Source of the DNA: Acidobacteriota bacterium
GTDB taxonomy: Bacteria > Zixibacteria > MSB-5A5 > WJJR01
Assembly: GCA_035528515.1 (NCBI GenBank)
Contig: DATKYL010000063.1
Location: 1-33,248 of the forward strand
Direction: 5' to 3'
Length of the DNA stretch: 33,248 nucleotides
Under the pieces are notes generated by a model. That model made no database searches. It saw only the letters and a program-made list of their open reading frames with translations, and was not told the origin of the DNA. Positions 27,052 through 33,248 of the stretch are shown one piece after another. A program made the position numbers and the translations under genes. Within the stretch, counting starts at the first letter, position 1. Each line of letters opens with the position of its first letter.

Positions 27052-27069
27052 ATCATGGTCCCTGAACTG

Positions 27070-27966
27070 CTACACTTCCTCAGTGCCTTTCAGGCGCGAC
27101 GGTCGGCCGCCGACGAAGAAAGCGATGTTGCCCACGATGATGAAGAAGATGATGATCGCGTGGGAAAAAGTCTGCGACAGCATCGCCCGTGTGCCAAAAC
27201 CGCCCTTGACACCGACGAGGACCTCAAACTCCGCTGCACCCTTCATGCCGCCTAGAATCCCCGTCAATTGTCCGGCTCGGTAGTACGGGTAGACCATCGG
27301 TGCCTGGACGGCCGTATTGCCGGCGCCGATCCGGGCGTGGAAGCGGTCGCCCGCAAGCTGCACCCACTCAATCGTGCCGGGATACCCCGACGAGAGACTG
27401 AAGACGAAATCGACATTATTGAAATTGGTCACGCCCCGCATGAGATCGAGTTCGTCAACCGGCGTACCACGGTAATCGCGCGGGAAAGCGGCGGCGAAAG
27501 ACGAGCCCATCCGCTGGATGACAAACTCGCGCCCTTCCTGAAAGCCCAAGTTTACCCAATCGATCCCATATTTGAAGGTCTTGCCGTTATAGGTAATAAC
27601 GTCGCCGACCTCGCCCTCGATGACGGACGCCAGCGCGAGGTTGGCCTGCTGCGGACCCTGCGGCCAGAGCCCCATGATGACCATCTTGAGGTCGTTTTCA
27701 AGACAGTAGGTGATGGCCGCAACCGCCATCGGCTGAAGTTCGGGGGCGGACGGCGGGTCGTAGTCAAACGGGAAGAGCACTTTCGAGCCCGCCGGCAGTT
27801 CCTTCAAGGCGTTGTAGAGGGATTCGACCTCGGGCGTGATGTGGATCTTCGGGGAGATCGGCAGGAAGAACGGCGCCGAGACGGCAATCCCGACCGCCAG
27901 GAATATCACCCGGCGATCAATCGCCATCAGCCGTTGCCAGAATCCGCCTTGTGTCCCTTTGGCCAT
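27070..27966 (-). CDS. Module 2 subunit C: bitopic protein, paralogue of 23380-24237
   Basis: The ORF is 298 aa with an ATG start and the same TM-domain-TM layout and motifs as C1. Confidence 0.85.
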   Translation of the reverse strand: MAKGTQGGFWQRLMAIDRRVIFLAVGIAVSAPFFLPISPKIHITPEVESLYNALKELPAGSKVLFPFDYDPPSAPELQPMAVAAITYCLENDLKMVIMGLWPQGPQQANLALASVIEGEVGDVITYNGKTFKYGIDWVNLGFQEGREFVIQRMGSSFAAAFPRDYRGTPVDELDLMRGVTNFNNVDFVFSLSSGYPGTIEWVQLAGDRFHARIGAGNTAVQAPMVYPYYRAGQLTGILGGMKGAAEFEVLVGVKGGFGTRAMLSQTFSHAIIIFFIIVGNIAFFVGGRPSRLKGTEEV

Positions 27967-27986
27967 TGTGTCAGTGCTCGTTTCCG

Positions 27987-28820
27987 CTACTCGCCGCCAA
28001 TGTGCGAACGTTCGATCCCCAGGATGATCCGCAGGGATGTTGAGACGATACCCAGTGCAATGCCGATCATGATCGCTCGCTGACCGGCGGCGTTAGGGAA
28101 GTTCATCACCCAATCGGCTGCCCCCGACAGAAAACCGCCGGTGGTGGCCCAAGCTCCGCTGAACGCGTCGGGTGTCAGAGTGCCCAAAAATTCCGCCAAA
28201 GGTACGCGTCCCGCCATCACAAAGAAGGCCGCGACCAGGAGCATCGCCGCTTCCCTGTTCCGGGCCCGGAAGGCGCGGTACGATGCCGAGGCGACGAAAA
28301 ACGCCAGCATCGCGAACATCGTCGATGAGAGTGGCGTGTAGACGCTACGGTACAGATAGTCGTAATGCGTCCCAGGCTCCTGGAAGGTCCGTCCGCCCGA
28401 AAACGCGAGCCCGGCAATGAGCATAATCACGAAAGAAGCGATCGTGGTCAGAGCAAAGAACCAGTCCGGCTTCATCTTGGAGCGCGAGTACTGCCCCAAG
28501 GCCATGAGCAGGAAGGCGACTGCAAAAAGGATCAGCGGGAAGCGGCCGGCCAGAAACTCATCCGGCGCCCCGACGATCCCCACGATGAGCGCTACGACCA
28601 CTATCGCCGACGTCACGAGCAACATCGGCTTGCCGAGTTTGTCGAGCGACAACTTGATGAGGTTCAGTGCACCCAGCCAGATCGCGCAGGCCTCGATAAT
28701 CGAGAACCAGTCGGAGAAGATGTCCGACAGCGAACTGAACGGTTCATGGGGGATGAAAAACTGGACAATGAAGACGATCCCGACGACGCCGGTGATGATC
28801 AATGGGATTTCGCGCTTCAT
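27987..28820 (-). CDS. Module 2 subunit B: polytopic membrane protein, paralogue of 24237-24860 with an insertion of about 70 aa
   Basis: The ORF is 277 aa and shares the N-terminal and C-terminal motifs of B1. An additional hydrophobic block (KPMLLVTSAIVVVALIVGIV...FPLILFAVAFLLMAL...FFALTTIASFVIMLIAGLAF) suggests about 2 extra TM helices. Confidence 0.85.
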   Translation of the reverse strand: MKREIPLIITGVVGIVFIVQFFIPHEPFSSLSDIFSDWFSIIEACAIWLGALNLIKLSLDKLGKPMLLVTSAIVVVALIVGIVGAPDEFLAGRFPLILFAVAFLLMALGQYSRSKMKPDWFFALTTIASFVIMLIAGLAFSGGRTFQEPGTHYDYLYRSVYTPLSSTMFAMLAFFVASASYRAFRARNREAAMLLVAAFFVMAGRVPLAEFLGTLTPDAFSGAWATTGGFLSGAADWVMNFPNAAGQRAIMIGIALGIVSTSLRIILGIERSHIGGE

Positions 28821-28841
28821 AATCCAGATCGTCCGTTTGTC

Positions 28842-30119
28842 TTATCGCACCAGGAACCAGTGTGATATGTTGTAGACGCCGAAGGTGGCCAGCAGGATCC
28901 CACCGATGGCAAACAGGAGAATGAAGAACTTGCCGACGTCCTGCCCTTTGAGCGATCCCAATTGCTTCGGCTCCCTCGACAAATAGGCCGAGGCCGCGAA
29001 TAGCTCCTCGCCGATCAGCGTGTAGTCGCACGCGGCGACGAAGAACGGGAGCTGCGCGGGCATGGCAGTCCCCGCTATCTGTATGGCCCCGATTGAGTTG
29101 CCGGTTTCGGCCAGAATCAGCGATTCGGCGAAAAACGCCCCCATATAAAAGATGGTGGCCGGCTTTTGACGCACAAACATGCCGTCGACACCCGCTGCGT
29201 AACCGAACTGGTCGTCGGTCAGGTAATGGACCATGTCCTCGTCGTAGGCATCGGGACGCCCGGCATCGAGATAGGCTTGTTTGACCGTTTCGCGGGCGGC
29301 GACCATGACCAGCGATCGCGGCACCGGCACATCGAGTTTGGCATCATAGGTGGCCGCCATCTTGGCGACACGTCCGAGAATAGTCACTCCGGCGATCGTC
29401 TGGACATTGTTCATGTCCTGGATACCGGGAATGAAGAAGATCTTGCGGCCCATCTCAGTGGCGCGCCCGACTGCCTCGTCGACCGCCTCCAGACCGGCGA
29501 TCTTGCGGATGAAGAGCTTTTCGCCGCCCTTGGCCTTGGAGATGAAGTACAGAATCGAGGAGGCGAGGATGACTACCGCGAGCAGCGAGTTAAGGCGCCC
29601 CATATGGATCCACTGAGCCGATGATCGCGCGGGTTGTGACGGCCGCGAGATGGATACCGGCGGCTCCACATTCGGATGGTCGGGCGAGGGCAGTGCGATC
29701 ACCTCGACGACATAATAGTAGTCGATGCCGTCCTCGACGTCCCCGTCGTTGAACTCGGTCATCCCGGCGGTCATCGTCCCGACGGTATCGAACGGGCCGT
29801 TGGGCGATCTCCCGCGCAGGAGCTGATACGCGCCGACATTGTCCAGCCCCGCGCCTTCGTCCGGGGACTTATCCCAGCGGACGATGATCGCGCCCCCGGC
29901 ATCATTCGGGGCGTCATCGGCGAGGATATTGGCGGGCGGCGCCGGTGGCGTCAAGGCCGCTTCCACAATGGCGGTTGTATCGGTAACCTCTGCCGGCTCC
30001 TGGGCTGCGACGTTCCGCGCACCGAACGCAACAATCAGAGCCAGCGTGGCAATGACAGCAGTAAAGACCCTTGGATGTGACGTGGGCCGTCGGGCCGATA
30101 TGATCGTTGGTGTTGGCAA
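28842..30119 (-). CDS. Module 2 subunit A: signal peptide, Fn3-like domain, TM, soluble domain, TM; paralogue of 24869-26224
   Basis: The ORF is 425 aa. TTG at 30119 is the only in-frame start I could find ahead of the signal sequence. The Fn3-like pattern is PPAPPANILADDAPNDAGGAIIVRWD...DYYYVVEV, and the cytoplasmic-domain motifs are shared with A1. Confidence 0.8.
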   Translation of the reverse strand: MPTPTIISARRPTSHPRVFTAVIATLALIVAFGARNVAAQEPAEVTDTTAIVEAALTPPAPPANILADDAPNDAGGAIIVRWDKSPDEGAGLDNVGAYQLLRGRSPNGPFDTVGTMTAGMTEFNDGDVEDGIDYYYVVEVIALPSPDHPNVEPPVSISRPSQPARSSAQWIHMGRLNSLLAVVILASSILYFISKAKGGEKLFIRKIAGLEAVDEAVGRATEMGRKIFFIPGIQDMNNVQTIAGVTILGRVAKMAATYDAKLDVPVPRSLVMVAARETVKQAYLDAGRPDAYDEDMVHYLTDDQFGYAAGVDGMFVRQKPATIFYMGAFFAESLILAETGNSIGAIQIAGTAMPAQLPFFVAACDYTLIGEELFAASAYLSREPKQLGSLKGQDVGKFFILLFAIGGILLATFGVYNISHWFLVR

Positions 30120-30196
30120 TCGACCGCTTCTTCTACCGTGGCGATTCTTCTTTAGTATCGGTCCGGCCCGCGGGTGAGGAGTTCGCGAGCATGCGG

Positions 30197-30225
30197 AACC
30201 TACTTTGGTTCCGAAGGGGTGTCAA
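30197..30225 (-). promoter_or_regulatory. Candidate promoter in front of module 2 (minus-strand TTGACA-N17-TAGGTT)
   Basis: On the minus strand, TTGACA lies at 30225-30220 and TAGGTT at 30202-30197, with a 17-nt spacer. It sits in the 261-bp gap between the 375-aa gene and A2. The -10 element overlaps a 6-bp hairpin, GGAACC-tacttt-GGTTCC (30195-30212). Confidence 0.3.
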
Positions 30226-30320
30226 GTGCAATTGACCGATCTCACCCCTCCACGGTCATACTATCCGGAGTCCCTGTGGACCAGCTCACTAAGATGTAGG
30301 GGACAGTGATGCGTCGCGGC

Positions 30321-30355
30321 CCCGCCCCGTTCTCGCGCGGAGAAGACGGGGCGGG
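30321..30355 (-). terminator. Strong GC hairpin just downstream of the 375-aa gene (possible attenuator, partial terminator or processing site)
   Basis: A 10-bp G/C stem, CCCGCCCCGT-(15 nt)-ACGGGGCGGG, ends 26 nt from the stop codon on the minus-strand transcript. No U-tract follows, so it is not a canonical intrinsic terminator. Confidence 0.35.
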
Positions 30356-30380
30356 CAGGATGTTCAAGAAGGGAGGTTTT

Positions 30381-31508
30381 TCAGATTTCCTCGATCATCT
30401 CGACGTTGGCACGGGGGATGATGGCCCGCTTCTTGCCATCGAATTCAACCTCGAGTATGCGCGCCAACGATTCGGATTCGAGCCTCTGCAGCGGAGCCGG
30501 CAAACCGGTCACGGTCCCCAGATGACCGAAGTACGGCTGGCGGATCACCCGAACCGGGGTGCCGATCACAAGGCCGGCGATTTCGCCGGCACCGTCGCCG
30601 CCGCCAACCTCGACCCCTTCTTTCGGTATGACCACTTCAGGTCGGATGACACCGGCACGGATCTGGGTGGCGCCGTTGATCACGGCCATTTCACCCTCGT
30701 GGCGTTTGAAAAGCTGAAAGGTCTTGTCGGCCATCGCGATCGTGCCGAACCCTTCGGTCACGACCAGCGTGATCCCCAGATCTTCCGCGCCGGTGATCGC
30801 GACGCCCAGATCGTAACCGAGGAAATTCCGCAGGTCGCGGTCGTCGAAGCCGCCGGCCACGATCCCGCGGGCCTTGACCTCTATCGCCTTTTTGAGTGCC
30901 TCGGCGGTGACGCGCGAACCGCCGATCAGGATCTTGCCGGCGCAGTCGGGCGTGATCTTGGCCTCGTCGAGGTCCTCCGATGCGTCGGCACACAGAACCT
31001 TGATTTCCCCGTGGGTCTCGCCGCCGATCCCGAAGATTCCCTGCACGAAGGAGCCCACACAGGCAACCGAGACACCTTCCTCCGGGTGCACCTTGACCAC
31101 GGTTCCTTTCAGGTACGCTTTGACCTGGACCGGCACCGGCATGCCGCGTAAGAGGACCTGGCCGGTGATATGGGAGACGTTCTCAACGGTCCCATCGAAC
31201 TTTGCTTTGCACTCGGAGCGGAACAGCCCAAAGAACGAACTGGAGCGGGCGATCACTTCGCCTTCGGTGATCGGCTCTCCTTCCTTCTTGAGCATGCACT
31301 CTTCGATATCCTCAGGCGGGACGCCCAGAATGTTGGCGACGTTGACCGGTTGGACCGGGCCGGGCAAATGGGTTTGTGCCACGACCGTATCGGGCTCGAC
31401 GTTGTCGCCCAGCTTGACCAGGACCTCACCCTTGAGAGGGAGGATGCGTTCTTTGACCAACCGAGTCTTTTCGGTGACTTTGAGTCCGGGGGTGTATGCG
31501 CGTGCCAT
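30381..31508 (-). CDS. Soluble 375-aa protein of unknown family that leads the duplicated modules (called E here)
   Basis: It has an ATG start preceded by a purine-rich GAGAGAGA, and no TM segment or signal peptide. The N-terminal segments LKGEVLVKLGDNVEPDTVVAQ and KKEGEPITEGEVIA resemble barrel-sandwich hybrid half-motifs. A central Gly-rich region reads ILIGGSRVT...ARGIVAGG...TLVVTEGFG. The C-terminal patch IGTPVRVIRQPYFGHLGTV looks SH3/KOW-like. It has no P-loop and no Cys cluster. Confidence 0.8.
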   Translation of the reverse strand: MARAYTPGLKVTEKTRLVKERILPLKGEVLVKLGDNVEPDTVVAQTHLPGPVQPVNVANILGVPPEDIEECMLKKEGEPITEGEVIARSSSFFGLFRSECKAKFDGTVENVSHITGQVLLRGMPVPVQVKAYLKGTVVKVHPEEGVSVACVGSFVQGIFGIGGETHGEIKVLCADASEDLDEAKITPDCAGKILIGGSRVTAEALKKAIEVKARGIVAGGFDDRDLRNFLGYDLGVAITGAEDLGITLVVTEGFGTIAMADKTFQLFKRHEGEMAVINGATQIRAGVIRPEVVIPKEGVEVGGGDGAGEIAGLVIGTPVRVIRQPYFGHLGTVTGLPAPLQRLESESLARILEVEFDGKKRAIIPRANVEMIEEI

Positions 31509-31598
31509 TTGTCGTCTCTCTCGCTGTGTGACTTCGTGTTCTATCGAGTGCGTCGGGGGCGATCCGGGTCTTGCGACTCTGCGCGCCGCTCGTCGTGT

Positions 31599-32306
31599 CT
31601 ACTCCTCAAACTGAATCGTGGCGGTGACGGTACCGGCTTCGGTGACCGTCGCTCCCACACTGCCCCGGTCGCTCCCCTTCCAGGCGTACAGGGTAATGTC
31701 CGCATTGATTTCGCACTGCTCGCCGAGGGTGCAGTCGAACTTGTCGCCCAGTGGGATCAGGCAGCGCGCGATCGAGAACCGGCCGTCGGCATCGGTGACC
31801 GCCAGCGGACGCGTGCTGGCATTGAGCAGCGTCTCGACATCCTCGGGATCGACGAAGACCAGGAATTCCGGCAGCGGGTCGAACGACTCGCAGTCGTACG
31901 GATTCAGGCGGTACAGCCCCGGCGGGGCCATGAGTCCGTCGTTGTCGTGTCCGGTCCACGTGCAGACCTGGTCTCCCTCACAGGTGAAGCGGGTGACCGA
32001 TTCGCCGCACCAGTCGGACACGTCGACACAGGTGCTGTCGCCCACCCCGGCGGGACTCGCCTCGGGAACGGGCTCGATGACAAGAGGATACGGAATAGCG
32101 ACAGACAGGACCTCGCACGCCACCGTGTAATCGATCAGAATACCCGCACCGGCGACCGGCTGCCCCTGCGCGTCCAGCACGCGACCGGTGATGGCGATAT
32201 CACTCGCCTCGTCGTCATCGTCGTCTGAACAGGCAACCATCGTACAGCACAGGGCGCAGGAAAGGACAATGGCCGCCCACCGGGTCAGGTCAGATCGTTG
32301 CGACAT
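31599..32306 (-). CDS. Lipoprotein with a CarboxypepD_reg-like N-terminal beta-sandwich and an FlgD-Ig-like segment; paralogue of 32365-33084
   Basis: Its signal ends in MVAC and is followed by an acidic run (SDDDDDE). It also shows ITGRVLDAQGQPVAGAGILI, ...WTGHDNDGLMAPPGLYRL and LAVTDADGRFSI. Confidence 0.75.
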   Translation of the reverse strand: MSQRSDLTRWAAIVLSCALCCTMVACSDDDDDEASDIAITGRVLDAQGQPVAGAGILIDYTVACEVLSVAIPYPLVIEPVPEASPAGVGDSTCVDVSDWCGESVTRFTCEGDQVCTWTGHDNDGLMAPPGLYRLNPYDCESFDPLPEFLVFVDPEDVETLLNASTRPLAVTDADGRFSIARCLIPLGDKFDCTLGEQCEINADITLYAWKGSDRGSVGATVTEAGTVTATIQFEE

Positions 32307-32364
32307 CAGAGAATATCCCCTTACTCACGATGCGGGCGGGATATACGCCGCCCGCGCTTGGCAT

Positions 32365-33084
32365 TCACTGTATGGCCACGTCGACCGCAGTCGAGTGACC
32401 TCTGCTGATCTCCGCGGGTTCGGAACCGGCGGTCTCGTCTTTCCAAGCACAGATCCGGACCGATGGGGACACCGTTCTCTCCCGGATGACGGCTCCGGCG
32501 CTGTCGAGTTCCGGGACAGGTTCACCGACAGGGACCAAACCCCAGCCCACAGCGTAATGGCCGTCGGCGTCGGTGAGGACGAGATAGGCATCGGTGCGTG
32601 TCATTTCCAGACACGCTGCCGAGAGGAGAAATGCCTTCGTCGCCGAGACATTACCCCATTCGAGATGGTAGTAGTAGAGGCCGTCCGGCAGCGCGGTCCC
32701 GTCGTCGGCTATCCCGTCCCAGCACTCCTCATAAGTTCCGGCGGGGCGGGCTCCGTCAATGGCCGTCCGCACCGAGCGGCCGCTGTAGTCGGTGATCCAC
32801 AGCGTGACATCGGCGGCTTCGGTGAGGTCGAAGCGGATACAGGTTTCCGGTCGTGGGGCGGTGGCATCGGCGCTCCGGCCCCGAGTTTCCTCATCGACCA
32901 GGCTGTACTCAACAGCGACCCGGGCGCTGCGGACCGGGTTCCCGTAAACGTCACGGACGCGGCCGGTGACGGCGTACGTTGCGCTGCTGTCGGTCGAATC
33001 GGAACAGCCTGAACCGGCCAGCAGGACCGCCCCCAGCAGGGCTGTGGCGGCGATCAAACGTGTGACGCGCGTGGATTCACGCAT
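32365..33084 (-). CDS. Lipoprotein, paralogue of 31599-32306 (CarboxypepD_reg-like plus FlgD-Ig-like)
   Basis: Its signal ends in LLAGSGC. It shows VTGRVRDVYGNPVRSARVAV, then VTLWITDYSGRSVRT...PAGTYEECWDGIADDGTALPDGLYYYHL, which fits the FlgD-Ig-type pattern, and LVLTDADGHYAV. Confidence 0.75.
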   Translation of the reverse strand: MRESTRVTRLIAATALLGAVLLAGSGCSDSTDSSATYAVTGRVRDVYGNPVRSARVAVEYSLVDEETRGRSADATAPRPETCIRFDLTEAADVTLWITDYSGRSVRTAIDGARPAGTYEECWDGIADDGTALPDGLYYYHLEWGNVSATKAFLLSAACLEMTRTDAYLVLTDADGHYAVGWGLVPVGEPVPELDSAGAVIRERTVSPSVRICAWKDETAGSEPAEISRGHSTAVDVAIQ

Positions 33085-33109
33085 GGGAATACCTGTGACT
33101 CAGCGGGCG

Positions 33110-33248
33110 CTACAACCGCTTGAGGGCCTCTGCGGGATAAATGTCCAATAGGCCCATCCATTCCTTCAACTTGGCGACCCGGATCTTGTCGTCGCTGGGG
33201 ACCTGGAACGGCCGGCCGCGGCCGTCGAGGATGATCCCCACCACGCCG
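33110..33248 (-). CDS. 3' end of an unidentified CDS; upstream-most gene of the minus-strand cluster, truncated by the window edge
   Basis: By hand translation the minus-strand frame is open from the window edge to TAG (33110-33112). It reads ...GVVGIILDGRGRPFQVPSDDKIRVAKLKEWMGLLDIYPAEALKRL*. The fragment is too short for the ORF track, and I cannot assign a family. Confidence 0.5.
   Translation of the reverse strand, partial: GVVGIILDGRGRPFQVPSDDKIRVAKLKEWMGLLDIYPAEALKRL

Larger units (their letters stand above)
22730..30119 (-). repeat. Tandem duplication of a four-gene membrane module (A-B-C-D twice); protein-level paralogy with diverged DNA
   Basis: Module 2 spans 26338-30119 and module 1 spans 22730-26227, with identical gene order. 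Each pair of counterparts shares long conserved motifs, listed under the individual CDS features. Confidence 0.9.

Noticed and set aside
22730-30119. Interpreting the A-D modules as an ABC-type or GldF/GldG-like transporter, or as Nqr/Rnf-like complexes with E as an NqrA/RnfC analogue.
   Set aside because: There is no Walker A/B or LSGGQ-type ATPase anywhere in the cluster. E lacks the CxxCxxCxxxCP ferredoxin motifs of RnfC and any flavin or NADH motif. B and D show no ABC-2 or Nqr/Rnf subunit signatures that I can recognise. The resemblance is only topological.
1-33248. CRISPR arrays, tRNA/rRNA genes, IS elements, integrases or prophage genes.
   Set aside because: I found no regularly spaced direct repeats, no tRNA T-loop/acceptor patterns in the intergenic regions I inspected (1924-2072, 8611-8739, 12855-12983, 21443-21804, 22483-22729, 26228-26337, 30120-30380), and no DDE or tyrosine-recombinase-like ORFs.

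Overview
This is a high-GC bacterial chromosomal window that is densely coding. I recognised no rRNA, tRNA, CRISPR array, transposase or integrase. Coordinates 1-22.5 kb are mostly ordinary housekeeping genes. They include the selD 3' end, a DUF1015 gene, a moeB(rhodanese)-moaD-moaE operon and an HlyD/ABC-2 exporter. A low-GC insert carrying an HNH-motif gene follows, then a nitroreductase. A long minus-strand operon comes next: Sir2 deacylase, radical SAM, TPR lipoprotein, pyrK, pyrD, pyrF, nnr and a GT-C-like membrane protein. After it come two envelope proteins and an ERCC4-(HhH)2 nuclease-like gene. Coordinates 22.7-33.2 kb are the notable part. This is a single co-directional minus-strand cluster in which I recognise no characterised family. 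In transcription order it contains a truncated upstream gene, two paralogous lipoproteins and a 375-aa soluble protein. These are followed by a four-gene membrane module that occurs twice in tandem. Each module encodes A (signal peptide, Fn3-like domain, TM, about 200-aa soluble domain, TM), B (polytopic), C (TM, about 230-aa soluble domain, TM) and D (polytopic). The two copies share gene order and strong protein motifs but are clearly diverged at the DNA level. I see no P-loop ATPase, Fe-S motif or known transporter signature in the cluster, so I flag it as a candidate undescribed envelope-spanning system. Function calls rest on motif recognition by eye, and no searches were run.
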